Shown here: in pieces, positions 1-10,464 of the stretch
Numbering within the stretch: the first letter of the stretch is position 1
Layout: each line of letters opens with the position of its first letter
Assembly: GCA_051439425.1 (NCBI GenBank)
Contig: JBFRWD010000078.1
Location: 48,630-112,629, forward strand
Direction of reading: 5' to 3'
DNA length: 64,000 nt
DNA from: Synechococcus sp.
GTDB lineage: Bacteria > Cyanobacteriota > Cyanobacteriia > Thermostichales > PCC-7336
Program-made: the position numbers and the translations under genes
The notes under the pieces: model-generated
Told to the model about the DNA's origin: nothing
Database searches by the model: none
Seen by the model: the letters and a program-made list of their open reading frames with translations, nothing else

Positions 1-594
1 GATCGTCAACATGCAGCGGGCGGAGATGTTCTCGGTGTCGATGAAACCGAGAGCGTAGGCGATCGGATTCCACATACGCTTCAGGCTGCCATCCGAACCG
101 CCATGGCTGCGGAACCAATCGGCAAAGCTAACACGATCTAGCTCGCGTACCTGTTTCATAGCCCCGTTAAAGTCAACCAATCCACGCACGATGGGACTGG
201 TGCCGAGTGCCAAGGAGTTCTGAAGCTTGTCGATCGCGGATAGCTGAGACGTCGTAAAAAATGCTTTTAGTCCGTTGAAAGGCGCACCCGTAATAAAGCG
301 GAAATCCAGTTCGCCAGTCTTGCCCCCCTGATTGACGAACATGTGGGTATGGTCCTTTAGCAAGAGGCTATCGAGAGCACCCACTTTGGCCATCAACCCA
401 AACAGGTTGTAATAGCAGCCGAAAAACACATGCAGGCCCATTTCAATATGATTGCCATCTTTATCGATCCAACTGCCGACCTTGCCACCGACAAACGGGC
501 GATTTTCAAAGATTTCTACGGTGTGGCCTGCTTCAACCAGGTTCACAGCAGTATTGAGGCCAGCTAGACCCGCTCCAATAATTGCGACGTGCAT
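1..594 (-). CDS. zds: zeta-carotene desaturase, N-terminal part (runs off the window edge)
   Basis: Own translation from ATG at 594: [13 protein letters not shown]...[30 protein letters not shown], a FAD-binding motif plus the ZDS/CrtQ signature. Not in the ORF track. Confidence 0.92.
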   Translation of the reverse strand, partial: MHVAIIGAGLAGLNTAVNLVEAGHTVEIFENRPFVGGKVGSWIDKDGNHIEMGLHVFFGCYYNLFGLMAKVGALDSLLLKDHTHMFVNQGGKTGELDFRFITGAPFNGLKAFFTTSQLSAIDKLQNSLALGTSPIVRGLVDFNGAMKQVRELDRVSFADWFRSHGGSDGSLKRMWNPIAYALGFIDTENISARCMLTI

Positions 595-766
595 TTGCGA
601 TCCCCGACGCCTGTGTAACGTAGTGTAAACATATTTCATCTTAGCGGGCAACGGAACGGGGTCGAAACGAAAAACGCTCCCCAATTGACTGGAGAGCGTC
701 TGACGAAATTCAACCGATCGCCCGCCATCCAGAGGCAGAATCGAGCAGTGTTGCGCAACCTAAGCC

Positions 767-1177
767 TTAACGGTTGCGTTTTAAAGCAAGTTCTACCTGA
801 CTTAATTCGCTGGAAACCCGATCCAGCTTGTCTTGACGAACGGGGCGTAGACGCTCGGCTCGATAGTAGGAGCCGAGAGTATTGAATACCGTTCTCAAGG
901 ACGTATAGGATTGCAGACCACTGTACTTATTAGCATTGTAGCGAGAGCCAAATGCTTCCATCACGGAGATAGCGTTATCGCGCACTTCGCGCTGGTTCTC
1001 AGAGTCCTGAGGAGTCTCGATCGCCTCGCGCATCACATCGACAACGATCTGAGCATCTTGCGGATAGTTGCCAGTCAAGAGTTCGGTACCGGGAGTTGCG
1101 GCACAGCCGGACACGAACAGCACTGCCACGAGCGCCAACGCGACGGCTTTCGATAGAAAATGTCTCATTTTAAACAT
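767..1177 (-). CDS. psb27: photosystem II assembly lipoprotein Psb27
   Basis: Lipobox VSGC; LTGNY..D; SYTSLRTVFNTLGSYY; C-terminal ELALKR. Confidence 0.9.
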   Translation of the reverse strand: MFKMRHFLSKAVALALVAVLFVSGCAATPGTELLTGNYPQDAQIVVDVMREAIETPQDSENQREVRDNAISVMEAFGSRYNANKYSGLQSYTSLRTVFNTLGSYYRAERLRPVRQDKLDRVSSELSQVELALKRNR

Positions 1178-1356
1178 CTACGCGTGATTGGGATTCTTCC
1201 TTAAGAATATGGGAAGACGTATTTTTACCCAACTTTACAATTGCCAAACGTCCAATCAATTCCGTCCCATTGCGATCGAGTTGGAGGGTGCCAAATGCTC
1301 TTGAAGTTCATTCACCGCTCGAACTGCAACCAAGCTGATAACCCTTGGTATGGGTT

Positions 1357-1827
1357 CTAAGACACCTCGGTTTCCAGCGGCGATTCTTCCTTTTCGGAGG
1401 GTGGCTCGACGTCAGACTCAGCTGTGGCGACGTTGTCGGATTCACTAGCCGCTGGCTCGGTTTCTGTATGCTGCGTATCTCCTGTTTCTGCAGCTCCTTC
1501 AACTGACATGGCAGTAGAGTCTGTCTCGTCTGCTGCTCCATCGTCGGGCTCGCCTTCCCCTTTGGGTAACGATTCGGGAGGGCTATCCTTCGCGTTGCCG
1601 GTCGATGATGTTGTGGATTCGGCCTGAGGTTTGTCCTCCACCATGGCGGAGAGACTATCGGCCTCTTTCTTCAGCTCGGTCTCGAATTCTTTGGACGCAT
1701 CCTGTAGCATCTTGAGGGTTTTGGCAATCGAGCGTCCAATTTCCGGCAATCGCTTAGGGCCAAACACTAGCAGTGCCACTGCCAAGATCAGAATCATCTC
1801 GGGAAGGCCCACACCAAAGATATTCAT
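1357..1827 (-). CDS. tatA: TatA/TatB-family twin-arginine translocase subunit with a long acidic tail
   Basis: MNIFGVGLPEMILILAVALLVFGPKRLPEIGRS. TatA versus TatB not resolved. Confidence 0.85.
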   Translation of the reverse strand: MNIFGVGLPEMILILAVALLVFGPKRLPEIGRSIAKTLKMLQDASKEFETELKKEADSLSAMVEDKPQAESTTSSTGNAKDSPPESLPKGEGEPDDGAADETDSTAMSVEGAAETGDTQHTETEPAASESDNVATAESDVEPPSEKEESPLETEVS

Positions 1828-2056
1828 AAAACTACTCGCACCCAGTTTTTTCTACAGTACACAACAACAATTGCCCGCTCGTGAAGCCGTTGAGCGCCAA
1901 TCAATCAAAATCTCCCTTAGCGATCGCCCCTCCCCAACCGTCATCCCTGGCTCCCCCCCTTCGATCCTGCTCTGAGAGCAAACCGCCATCCCGATCGGCG
2001 GTCGGACCTGGGTAAGCAAAATGGCAAACCCAGTTTTGTCAGCCGATACAGATCGC

Positions 2057-2087
2057 AAAAGGTCTCGGCAGCAAAACCGAGACCCTT
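2057..2087 (-). terminator. intrinsic terminator after psbH
   Basis: GGTCTCGG/CCGAGACC stem followed by TTTT on the minus strand. Confidence 0.7.
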
Positions 2088-2118
2088 GAGATAGCGATGC
2101 AACTAGAACAGAAAAACG

Positions 2119-2319
2119 CTAGTTGAAGTTTTGCCAGGTCACCTGAACGTTATCGAGGATGAGGGACTTGTTATAGATCTGCAGGATGATCAGCAGGAAC
2201 ACGGCGAACAGCCCCATAAATACGCCCATGACAACGGTGGTGCCCCAGCCGGGAGAAACTTTACCGTATTCAGAATTCAAGGGACGAAGGAGGTTGCCTA
2301 GCTTGGTCTTGATTGCCAT
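2119..2319 (-). CDS. psbH: photosystem II protein PsbH
   Basis: [18 protein letters not shown]...IILQIYNKS. Confidence 0.97.
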   Translation of the reverse strand: MAIKTKLGNLLRPLNSEYGKVSPGWGTTVVMGVFMGLFAVFLLIILQIYNKSLILDNVQVTWQNFN

Positions 2320-2408
2320 AGTTCTTTTATAGTTCCGCCCGTCGAGACGTCATTTGTAAACTTACGTAATACTATAAATGAAGTCACACAGAATCTGTAT
2401 CAATTCTG

Positions 2409-2540
2409 ATGGAACCAGCAACATCTCTTATCATTGGCGTCGCGGTCGTCTTGGTCAGCATCACAGCTTTCGGAATCTACACCTCTTTTGGCCCGCCATC
2501 TAAAGAGCTGGAAGATCCCTACGAAATGCACGAAGACTAG
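2409..2540 (+). CDS. psbN: PsbN (43 aa)
   Basis: Own translation MEPATSLIIGVAVVLVSITAFGIYTSFGPPSKELEDPYEMHED; divergent from psbH as usual. Below the ORF-track cutoff. Confidence 0.95.
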   Translation: MEPATSLIIGVAVVLVSITAFGIYTSFGPPSKELEDPYEMHED

Positions 2541-3014
2541 CCTGAGGCCTATCCCGGTCAACGATCTGCAGTTGAAAGACACGTCGAATAGGCACTCTAC
2601 CGCCAGTACTCCAGTCGATGTTGCGTTGGTACTGGCGGTCTTTGATTGCTGTTGCAGGGCTGAGTATTCGACGGTTGCTGGCACGACTACATTGGCGTTG
2701 GGTTGGCCTTTCAAGTGGACTCGCTTCTAAGTATTGCAATGTATCGCAATGATTCGACATAGCGATCGCGAGCAGTCACTGCAAATCTCGCAGGTTGTCG
2801 TCGTTCATATTCCTGCTGACAGGTCCCAACTGGCCAGATTCCTGCTGAATAGATCTCTGCGGATGAAAACCACGAATGTAGAGTTCTGCAATGAAAATCG
2901 TTGACCTGCGTCAGGAATTGCTGTTGATTCAATGGGTTGTGGCGATCGCCCAACAGACGGGGAAGCCTTGCGTGATAGGATTTATCTCTGTCTCCTCCCA
3001 GTGAGTTTGCAGCT

Positions 3015-4376
3015 TTGTCCAAGCAGCCTATCAAGAAGCTTTTAATTGCCAATCGTGGCGAAATTGCCCTTCGGATTATTCGTAGCTGTGCCGAACTAGG
3101 AATTTCCACCGTAGCTGTTTACTCCACTGCCGATCGCGATTCGTTGCACGTCCAACTTGCGAATGAAGCGATCTGTGTGGGCGATCCCCCCAGCAACCGT
3201 AGCTATCTCAACGTTCCCAACATTATTTCTGCTGCGCTGACCACGGGGGCCGATGCTATTCACCCTGGCTATGGCTTTTTGGCAGAAAATGCCAAGTTTG
3301 CCGAAATGTGCGCCGATCATAATTTGGTCTTTGTGGGACCAAGCCCCGATTCCATTCGCAAGATGGGGGATAAGGCAACGGCGCGAGCAACGATGCAGGC
3401 AGCTAAGGTGCCGACGGTGCCGGGTAGCGAAGGATTGATTGAGACCGACGACGAGGCGATCGCCATTGCCGAGCAAATCGGTTATCCCGTCATGATTAAG
3501 GCGACAGCAGGCGGCGGTGGTCGCGGCATGCGCTTGGCTCGCCAACCGGAAGACTTGCTGGAGATGATGCGCACAGCCCAAGGGGAGGCAGAGGCTGCCT
3601 TTGGAGATGGTGGCATCTACATTGAGAAATTTGTCGAGAATCCACGCCACATCGAGTTTCAGATTTTGGCCGATAGCTATGGCAATGTGGTGCACTTGCA
3701 CGAGCGGGATTGTTCAATTCAACGCCGCCACCAGAAACTACTTGAAGAAGCTCCCAGTCCGGCCTTGACTTCCAAGCTGCGCAAGGCCATGGGCGATGCA
3801 GCCGTTCGGGTGGCCAAGACGATTGGATATATCGGCGCTGGTACGGTCGAATTTTTGGTTGATGGCTCCGGAAATTTCTATTTCATGGAGATGAACACCC
3901 GGATTCAGGTGGAGCATCCTGTGACGGAGGCCATCACGGGGATCGACCTGATTGCCTCTCAATTACTGATTGCCCAGGGCGATCCGCTCGGCAAAGAACA
4001 AAAAGATATTCCCCTGTTGGGTCACGCGATTGAATGCCGGATTAATGCCGAAGACCCCGATAAAGATTTCCGTCCCAACCCTGGCAAGATCAACGCCTAC
4101 CTGCCCCCCGGTGGCCCTGGCGTTCGTATGGATTCCCACATCTACACGGATTACTCCATTCCCCCCTATTACGATTCGCTGATTGGCAAGCTAATAGTCT
4201 GGGGGCCCGATCGCGAGTCAGCCATCTTAAGGATGAAGCGCGCTCTGGGGGAGTTTGCCATCACTGGTGTATCCACCACAATTGGATTCCATCAGCGTAT
4301 TCTGGAGAACCCAGCGTTTTTGGCGGCAGAGGTTTACACCAACTTCATTCAGGAACACATGCTGCCTCAGTCTTGA
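3015..4376 (+). CDS. accC: acetyl-CoA carboxylase biotin carboxylase subunit
   Basis: LIANRGEIALR, HPGYGFLAEN, GGGGRGMR, FMEMNTRIQVEHPVTE. Confidence 0.96.
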   Translation: MSKQPIKKLLIANRGEIALRIIRSCAELGISTVAVYSTADRDSLHVQLANEAICVGDPPSNRSYLNVPNIISAALTTGADAIHPGYGFLAENAKFAEMCADHNLVFVGPSPDSIRKMGDKATARATMQAAKVPTVPGSEGLIETDDEAIAIAEQIGYPVMIKATAGGGGRGMRLARQPEDLLEMMRTAQGEAEAAFGDGGIYIEKFVENPRHIEFQILADSYGNVVHLHERDCSIQRRHQKLLEEAPSPALTSKLRKAMGDAAVRVAKTIGYIGAGTVEFLVDGSGNFYFMEMNTRIQVEHPVTEAITGIDLIASQLLIAQGDPLGKEQKDIPLLGHAIECRINAEDPDKDFRPNPGKINAYLPPGGPGVRMDSHIYTDYSIPPYYDSLIGKLIVWGPDRESAILRMKRALGEFAITGVSTTIGFHQRILENPAFLAAEVYTNFIQEHMLPQS

Positions 4377-4433
4377 GAAGCGCTGCGATCTCCAAATAAA
4401 AATGTTTGGCCCTAGTTTCTGCAGAAAATTGCC

Positions 4434-5117
4434 TCAGGATGAAGATGCTGCCACCTCTGCAGCGACTTCCAGATGGCCAGTTTTGACATAGATTGTGCAG
4501 CCTTGGGTGCTGAATGGAGTATGGACGCTTCCGGGCGGGTTGCGTAGCCAAGTACCTTGGGGATAAACCCCTTGCTCGTCTTCAAAGACGCCATCAATCA
4601 CGTAGATTTCTTCCCCCCCCCAATGCTTATGGGGTTGAAATACCGTACCCGGAGCCCACTTAACGAGGGCCACTTGTTCGGTGTGAAAGCTGTGCAGTGG
4701 CAATACTTGCAATCCTGGGACGAGGCCGGGAGACCAGACCGCGTCAGCAGTGTCGATGGTCACCTGCTGAATATCTTGGGCATCCATTTGCCAGAGCTTA
4801 ACCAAGATCGTGCAACCATTCTTGCTAAAGGGAGTATGGCTGGAGCCCACAGGGTTGCGGAGATAAGTACCGGGGCCGTAGTCGCCAGACTCGTCAGAGA
4901 AAATACCATCTAGGACAAGAATTTCCTCGCCGCCACCATGGGTGTGGGCAGAAAAGTAGCTGCCGGGAGCGTACCTTACGATTGAGGTGGCGCGGGCAAC
5001 TTCGTCCCCATCTCGATCTAGCATGCGGCGTTGAACACCTGGTAACGGAGAGTCAATCCAGGGCTGGTTCGCGGTCTGGATGACGGCGCGTTCAGTTAAG
5101 TCAGCATTGATTTTCAT
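4434..5117 (-). CDS. ChrR-like double cupin protein
   Basis: Two cupin repeats: HTHGGGEEILVLDG...YLRNP.GS.HTPFS and HKHWGGEEIYVIDG...WLRNP.GS.HTPFS. Confidence 0.88.
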   Translation of the reverse strand: MKINADLTERAVIQTANQPWIDSPLPGVQRRMLDRDGDEVARATSIVRYAPGSYFSAHTHGGGEEILVLDGIFSDESGDYGPGTYLRNPVGSSHTPFSKNGCTILVKLWQMDAQDIQQVTIDTADAVWSPGLVPGLQVLPLHSFHTEQVALVKWAPGTVFQPHKHWGGEEIYVIDGVFEDEQGVYPQGTWLRNPPGSVHTPFSTQGCTIYVKTGHLEVAAEVAASSS

Positions 5118-5296
5118 GGTTATCCAAAGAACCGACTATGCAAAGTGCAAGCATCAACTCAAGAAATGGTGTGCTCATAAGGATGGAAATCAGAATACTT
5201 ACCCTTAGAATTGCTGGTCGTCTCTGATTTCCTTTCTGGTTGAGATTGATTACCCGAATCGATCCTGAATTGATACTGTTTTGATTTGTAGAGCGA

Positions 5297-5674
5297 TTAG
5301 CCCATATGGAAGAAGTTGAGCTTGTTTCCGTCGGGATCGCGGAAATAGCCCGCATAGAAACTCAGCGACATGTTGGTGCGTGGGCCGGGTGCTCCTTCAT
5401 CAGTAGCACCGAGTTCCAAGGCCTTTGCATGCAAGCGATCGACCTCTTCAGGACTGTTGGCCCCCAAGGACACCATGGAACCATTGCCGACAGTGGCTGA
5501 TTGGCCATTATATGGCTGAGCAATGCCAAATAACGGGGTACCCTTAGCACCCGTGTAAAGGGTGATGCGATCGATCTCTAAAACACGTTTCCCGCCTATT
5601 TCAGCCAATAAGGCGTCATAAAATGCGGTCGACTTTTCGGGATTGTTGGTGCCAAGCAAGGTATAAGCAATCAC
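5297..5674 (-). CDS. VOC/glyoxalase family protein
   Basis: LGTNN...FYDALL; GATDEGAPGPR; YAGYFRDPDGNKL. Confidence 0.9.
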   Translation of the reverse strand: MIAYTLLGTNNPEKSTAFYDALLAEIGGKRVLEIDRITLYTGAKGTPLFGIAQPYNGQSATVGNGSMVSLGANSPEEVDRLHAKALELGATDEGAPGPRTNMSLSFYAGYFRDPDGNKLNFFHMG

Positions 5675-5919
5675 GATCGGTGTCCTATGTTCGGAGTATT
5701 TGACAGATGGGCTTCGAGAAATGACTGAAACATACCCGGCTAGACGATTGCGAGAACTCGCACCGAAGAGTAAGTCAACAGTCGACTATTTGAAGCATTG
5801 ATATCAAGCCTTTCGCTAGTTGCCCGAACCGAGGACGACAGCCCCTGATGCTAGGGGAAGAGACGCTTCGGAGTCGCAATGCGAACAAGAAGTCAAACTA
5901 GCGAACGCTTACAATAAGA

Positions 5920-5937
5920 CTACCACCTAGTAGGTAG
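5920..5937. promoter_or_regulatory. putative TetR operator, copy 1
   Basis: CTACCACCTAGTAGGTAG, a near-palindrome upstream of the VOC gene. Confidence 0.65.
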
Positions 5938-6165
5938 ATTTCCGAAGAAGTTCCTGCAATGACGTTGCCATTTATGACAAATGCCTACTGAGTGAGGGAG
6001 CAAGCGCGGCAACCAGGAGCATTCGGACAACCTTGCCACCGTGCTCTAATTGGAGTTAGGGGGTTGTTGCAAACGCTTGCCGTGGCGGCCCCCCGAGATC
6101 GATAATGCCTAATCGATATGTGGACGACCCCGTTAGCTCAGATCGACATGCATCGGTGATTGACT

Positions 6166-6948
6166 TTAGTTGTATTGATTGCGGCCAGCCATGACCCCAC
6201 CATCCACATCCCAGACGGCACCTGTGACCCAAGATGCGCGATCGGAGAGCAGAAATGCGATCGCCTCTGCTACATCCTCAGATGTCCCTACGCGGCCAAT
6301 TGGATGAAAGCCATTGAACCCTTCCAAAGCTGCATGGACTTGCTCTTTGGGAATAAAGCCTTCATAAATGGGGGTTTTGACCACTGCCGGAGAGACTGCA
6401 TTGACTCGAATATTGTGTTCAGCCAGCTCCATTGCCAGATGCTGAGTAAATGAGTGTAAACCTGCTTTGGCCATCGAATAGGCAGATGATGGTGTAGCTT
6501 GAACAGCCTGCTTTGCCCACATGGAACCAACGTTAACGATCGCACCGTTATGACCTCGGCTGGCAATCGTGTTGGCGATCGACTGAGTAACAAAGAAGGT
6601 TGCTTTATTGAGGTCTAGATACAGATCGTAGTCGGCTTCGGTGTGCTCTAAGAATGACTTGGGCAGGAAGATGCCAGCCGCATTCACCAACAAATTGATG
6701 TCGGGGTGCTCTCGATTGAGGCGCTCCAGGAGAGCATTTCGCCGATCACGATCGGTGATATCGGCCTGCTCTGCAAAGACTTTTCCCAAGCCACTCAGCT
6801 CGGAAAGTGCTGATTGCAGCTTACCTGGGTTGCGACCAACCAAGACTGCAGAACCGCCACGCTCCATAACAAGACGAGCGGTAGCTTTACCAATCCCGCT
6901 AGTGCCACCTATGACAAGAACTTTGTGGTTGGCAAAATCGTTAACCAT
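6166..6948 (-). CDS. SDR family oxidoreductase
   Basis: GGTSGIG, NAAG, YSMAK catalytic motif, DGG. Confidence 0.93.
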   Translation of the reverse strand: MVNDFANHKVLVIGGTSGIGKATARLVMERGGSAVLVGRNPGKLQSALSELSGLGKVFAEQADITDRDRRNALLERLNREHPDINLLVNAAGIFLPKSFLEHTEADYDLYLDLNKATFFVTQSIANTIASRGHNGAIVNVGSMWAKQAVQATPSSAYSMAKAGLHSFTQHLAMELAEHNIRVNAVSPAVVKTPIYEGFIPKEQVHAALEGFNGFHPIGRVGTSEDVAEAIAFLLSDRASWVTGAVWDVDGGVMAGRNQYN

Positions 6949-6982
6949 GATGAATCTCCTTGGGATAAGGGTAGTGAAGTTT

Positions 6983-7000
6983 TTACCTACTAGAAGGTAG
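6983..7000. promoter_or_regulatory. putative TetR operator, copy 2
   Basis: TTACCTACTAGAAGGTAG, 35-52 nt upstream of the SDR start. Confidence 0.7.
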
Positions 7001-7017
7001 ATAAAGAAACAAAAAAA

Positions 7018-7593
7018 TTAGGGGGGAGAGAACTTGCTACGCAAAACTGGGTAGATCGCCTGCTCGAATGCAGCACAGCTGTCGGCCGCTGGACGCGCTA
7101 GTAGCTGTGCCCCTTGCAGCATGGCAATGATCCCTGTGGCCTCTTGCTCCGCAGAAGGTTCGCAGTGCCATATGCCGGCATCGCTACCCGATTGAAGAAG
7201 TGATGTCAGCCACGCTTCAGTTTGTTGGAAAAACACCTGCACTTCGTCGTGGATGGATTGAGGGAGTACAGCAAAATCAGCCGCCAACATGGCACACAGG
7301 CAGATTTGATCTTGCTTGAGGCCGTCTCGGTAGAGGTTGGCAAATTGCATTAGCTGCCGCTCAGGAGCATCCCCTGATTGGGCAATGCGATCGCAGGCAC
7401 GCACCATTGCGTCTCGGTATTGCTCTACCAAGGCCTTCACAAGATCTTCCTTGGAGGGGAAGTGGTAGTGAATGCTAGCTTTGCGAATTCCAACCTGCTC
7501 GGAAATATCTGCGTAGCTGAAGGCGCTATACCCTCGGTTACGCACCATGCTTCGAGCAACATCCAAAATCTCTTGAGCGGTGTTTTTCTTCAT
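7018..7593 (-). CDS. TetR/AcrR family regulator (NemR-like, Cys-containing)
   Basis: HTH GYSAFSYADISEQVGIRKASIHYHFPSKEDL; ICLCAML. Start moved to ATG 7593 (MKKNT). Confidence 0.92.
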   Translation of the reverse strand: MKKNTAQEILDVARSMVRNRGYSAFSYADISEQVGIRKASIHYHFPSKEDLVKALVEQYRDAMVRACDRIAQSGDAPERQLMQFANLYRDGLKQDQICLCAMLAADFAVLPQSIHDEVQVFFQQTEAWLTSLLQSGSDAGIWHCEPSAEQEATGIIAMLQGAQLLARPAADSCAAFEQAIYPVLRSKFSPP

Positions 7594-7604
7594 GGCGGCA
7601 TTAT

Positions 7605-7622
7605 CTACCATCTGGTAGGTAG
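7605..7622. promoter_or_regulatory. putative TetR operator, copy 3 (autoregulation)
   Basis: CTACCATCTGGTAGGTAG, immediately upstream of the tetR ATG. Confidence 0.7.
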
Positions 7623-7834
7623 ATGTCAACATCCTGACTGCCACACTTCAAGTAAAGAGGAGGGGGTGGAACTATGAGCAACCTCCAAGCCTATGCTTGA
7701 TTAAAACATTGAGTTTAGTTTGACGAGGACATTGTGAATACGTGCTGAGTTAAGTCACCGTTGGGGCAATACAGGTGTCTCGGGCTGCGATCATGAGTAT
7801 TCTGCGGTGATTGAAGTCAACATCTGTGTTGCCG

Positions 7835-8458
7835 ATGATTGCATTTTTGATGGGAGAACTCGCTGATATTCGAGCGGGCGATCGCAGTTCCGTAACCCTG
7901 AACGTTGGGGGGGTAGGGTATCGCGCTATCGTGCCTCAACGCTTGGCTAGAGAAGTCGGGACAATCGGTGACTCCATTCAGCTCTTTACCCATCTGGTGG
8001 TGCGCGACACGGAGATGGTTCTATATGGCTTTGGTAGCGCCGCCGAACGGGAGCTATTTGTCGAACTGATTAAAGTGTCGGGGGTTGGTCCTTCACTAGC
8101 GATTGCCCTGCTCGGCACCCTCACCTTGCCCGAACTAATACAGGCAGTTGTGACTGAAAATGTTCGTATCCTCAGTCTGACTCCTGGTGTGGGCAAAAAA
8201 ACAGCCCAACGACTGGTACTGGAGCTTAAATCTCGGTTGGCTGAATGGCGAACCACCGGCGATGATGTACCGGCGACAGGTGGGCCACCCTCATCAATCT
8301 ATAGCGAAGTGGAGATCGCCCTGTTGGCGTTGGGGTATAGCTCTGCCGAAACGGTACGGGCCTTGCAGGCTATTGGTCAGGTAGAGGGCGATCTCCTGGG
8401 ACAATCAGTGGAGGACTGGTTGCGGAGTGCAATTGCCTACCTCAGCCAGCAAGAATAG
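7835..8458 (+). CDS. ruvA: Holliday junction branch migration protein RuvA
   Basis: MIAFLMG, VGGVGY, LYGF, LIKVSGVGP, TPGVGKKTAQRLVLELK. Start set at ATG 7835. Confidence 0.95.
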   Translation: MIAFLMGELADIRAGDRSSVTLNVGGVGYRAIVPQRLAREVGTIGDSIQLFTHLVVRDTEMVLYGFGSAAERELFVELIKVSGVGPSLAIALLGTLTLPELIQAVVTENVRILSLTPGVGKKTAQRLVLELKSRLAEWRTTGDDVPATGGPPSSIYSEVEIALLALGYSSAETVRALQAIGQVEGDLLGQSVEDWLRSAIAYLSQQE

Positions 8459-8570
8459 CGGGTTGCTCATTGTCCAGGTTGATTTTATCGATGCGATTTG
8501 GTGGAAAAGCCCCGCAACCAGCCTGAACGAAACGCTCAGTGCGTCCGCTGCCCCGACAACACAGTATTTC

Positions 8571-9203
8571 ATGGTCGATTTGTCTGCACTACCCGAGTCT
8601 TGCCACTGTGTAGGAATATTCGGAGGCACATTCAACCCCATCCATTGCGGTCATATGGCCGTTGCCCAGTGCGCCCTTCAGCAATGCGAGCTGGACGCAG
8701 TGCTATGGATTCCTGCCGGACTGCCTCCTCACAAACCTTTGGCCTCTGGGGCTAGCAATCGCCAACGGCTAGAGATGGTTCGATTAGCGATCGCCGAGTA
8801 TCCGCAGTTCTACTGGTCAGATGTGGAATTACGGCGACCGGGACGATCGTTTGCGATCGATACCATCGAGCAATGCCAATCGGATTATCCGTGGGTTCAG
8901 CAATGGAGCTGGATTATTGGCGCAGACGCGATCGCCGACCTACCTACCTGGCATCGCGCTACCGAGGTGGCTGGCTGTTGTGAATGGATTGTTGCTCCTC
9001 GCCCCGATACCGCGACAGATCGCCTGCTGGAAAGGTTGGAGAAGCAACTCCCCGACTTGAAAGCCAAGTGGATCTCCGGAGTCGAATTGGCGGTCTCGTC
9101 CTCGGATATTCGCCAGCGATTGAGGAACGGACAGGCGATCGCCGATTTGGTCCCCACAACAGTCAACACCTACCTGAAACAAAGACATCTTTATACTGAG
9201 TAA
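8571..9203 (+). CDS. nadD: nicotinate-nucleotide adenylyltransferase
   Basis: GIFGGTFNPIHCGH, PPHK, IIGAD, SSSDIR. Start uncertain; ATG 8571 chosen. Confidence 0.92.
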   Translation: MVDLSALPESCHCVGIFGGTFNPIHCGHMAVAQCALQQCELDAVLWIPAGLPPHKPLASGASNRQRLEMVRLAIAEYPQFYWSDVELRRPGRSFAIDTIEQCQSDYPWVQQWSWIIGADAIADLPTWHRATEVAGCCEWIVAPRPDTATDRLLERLEKQLPDLKAKWISGVELAVSSSDIRQRLRNGQAIADLVPTTVNTYLKQRHLYTE

Positions 9204-9546
9204 AGACCCTATGAAGATAAATATAAATTTTCTGTGTATCTGATGTTATATCTTGTGTGAATTTTAGGTAAAGTATGAATAATGAACAAAGACCCTTTGG
9301 GCAAGAGCGGAGTTTAGTGACATGGAAAAGTTATTTTGGTGTGTAATTTCAGGTGTTATCGTCCTGTCATGGCAGGTTCACACTCGCAACCTGAGCCTTG
9401 GCGTTCATGCAGAGCCAGTCGGCCCAACGACCACCAATGTTACAAGTCAGTAAATCCTTAATCCAACGGGCGCATCTTTTGGCAACTTGAGAAAAATAAT
9501 CTGACCATCCAATTCGAGCTTTTCTCGGACTAGTAACGTCCGGCCG

Positions 9547-9588
9547 GTAACTATCGCTACAATTCAGTCCAAACCGGGATGTTAGACC
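9547..9588 (+). promoter_or_regulatory. NtcA-type promoter upstream of the PII paralog
   Basis: GTA-ACTATCGC-TAC (9547-9560), then 22 nt, then an imperfect -10 TAGACC preceded by TG. Confidence 0.6.
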
Positions 9589-9621
9589 AAAAACACCCAT
9601 TCCACGATGGAGTCGTATCCA

Positions 9622-9957
9622 TTGAAAAAGATATCGGCAATGATTCGCCCATTTAAGTTAGAGGCAATCAAAACAGCGCTAGTGGATACGGGAGTGGCCG
9701 GGATGACCATTAGCGAAGGGAGAGGATTTGGTCGCCAGCGAGGCCAACTAGCGACAGTCAGCTCCCAACCCTACGGCGATTTTCTGCAGAAACTGCGGGT
9801 GGAGATCGTGGTGGACGATCGCTTGGTCGATAAAGTTGTGGAGACATTAGTGACTACTGCCCGGACCGGCGATATCGGTGATGGCAAATTATTCATCACA
9901 CCAGTTGAAACAGCAATTCGTATTCGTACGGGAGAACGCGGCCCTGACGTTTTGTAA
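9622..9957 (+). CDS. PII-family nitrogen regulator with divergent T-loop
   Basis: KKISAMIRPFKL, GFGRQ, FLQK, ARTGDIGDGK, IRIRTGE. TTG 9622 is the likely start; ATG 9607 is the alternative. Confidence 0.9.
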   Translation: MKKISAMIRPFKLEAIKTALVDTGVAGMTISEGRGFGRQRGQLATVSSQPYGDFLQKLRVEIVVDDRLVDKVVETLVTTARTGDIGDGKLFITPVETAIRIRTGERGPDVL

Positions 9958-10203
9958 GAGCTTGGGTGGCGGATCGTAGCCAACGTCAGTTCGACGGAGC
10001 TACTTGAGCGGGATATTGGGTCCAAAGCACAAGGAAACGATTAGAGACTTATCAAACTCAGGTTAGTCAGTACGGACTTAAGGCTCGTCAATTGGGGCTG
10101 AGCTGTTTTGGAGCTTTGATGGAGCGAGAAAACTCTCTACAGCAAATTGTTGACACAATCTTAATTGCGAGATGACATCCTCAAACGTCAGCCCAACAAA
10201 CCA

Positions 10204-10464
10204 TTAGGGAAAATGGTGACGCTGCTCTACCAGAGATTTCAGATATCGATTTTCAGCGGTCAATCGCTCGCACTCTTCTAACAGAATCTCCATCTCCGTG
10301 CAGGTCTTATACAGTTCCTGGCGCAGACGTTGCGTTTCTTGGCGCCCGCGACCAGCTCGGGGGCTGAGTAATGATGCCATCCGCGATTGATTGAGCGCTC
10401 GCTGCATCTCTAAGAAATCTTGGGTTTCAAGCTGGAATGTCGCCAATGGTTTGTCCTCATGCAC
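10204..10464 (-). CDS. hypothetical coiled-coil protein
   Basis: Heptad-like ETQRLRQELYKTCTEMEILLEECERLTAENRYLKSL; GTG start; fills an intergenic gap. Confidence 0.5.
   Translation of the reverse strand: MHEDKPLATFQLETQDFLEMQRALNQSRMASLLSPRAGRGRQETQRLRQELYKTCTEMEILLEECERLTAENRYLKSLVEQRHHFP

Noticed and set aside
2400..3109. Track ORFs 2400-2714, 2434-2730, 2500-2760 and 2711-3109
   Set aside because: They overlap psbN or accC and carry no recognisable motifs; likely spurious.
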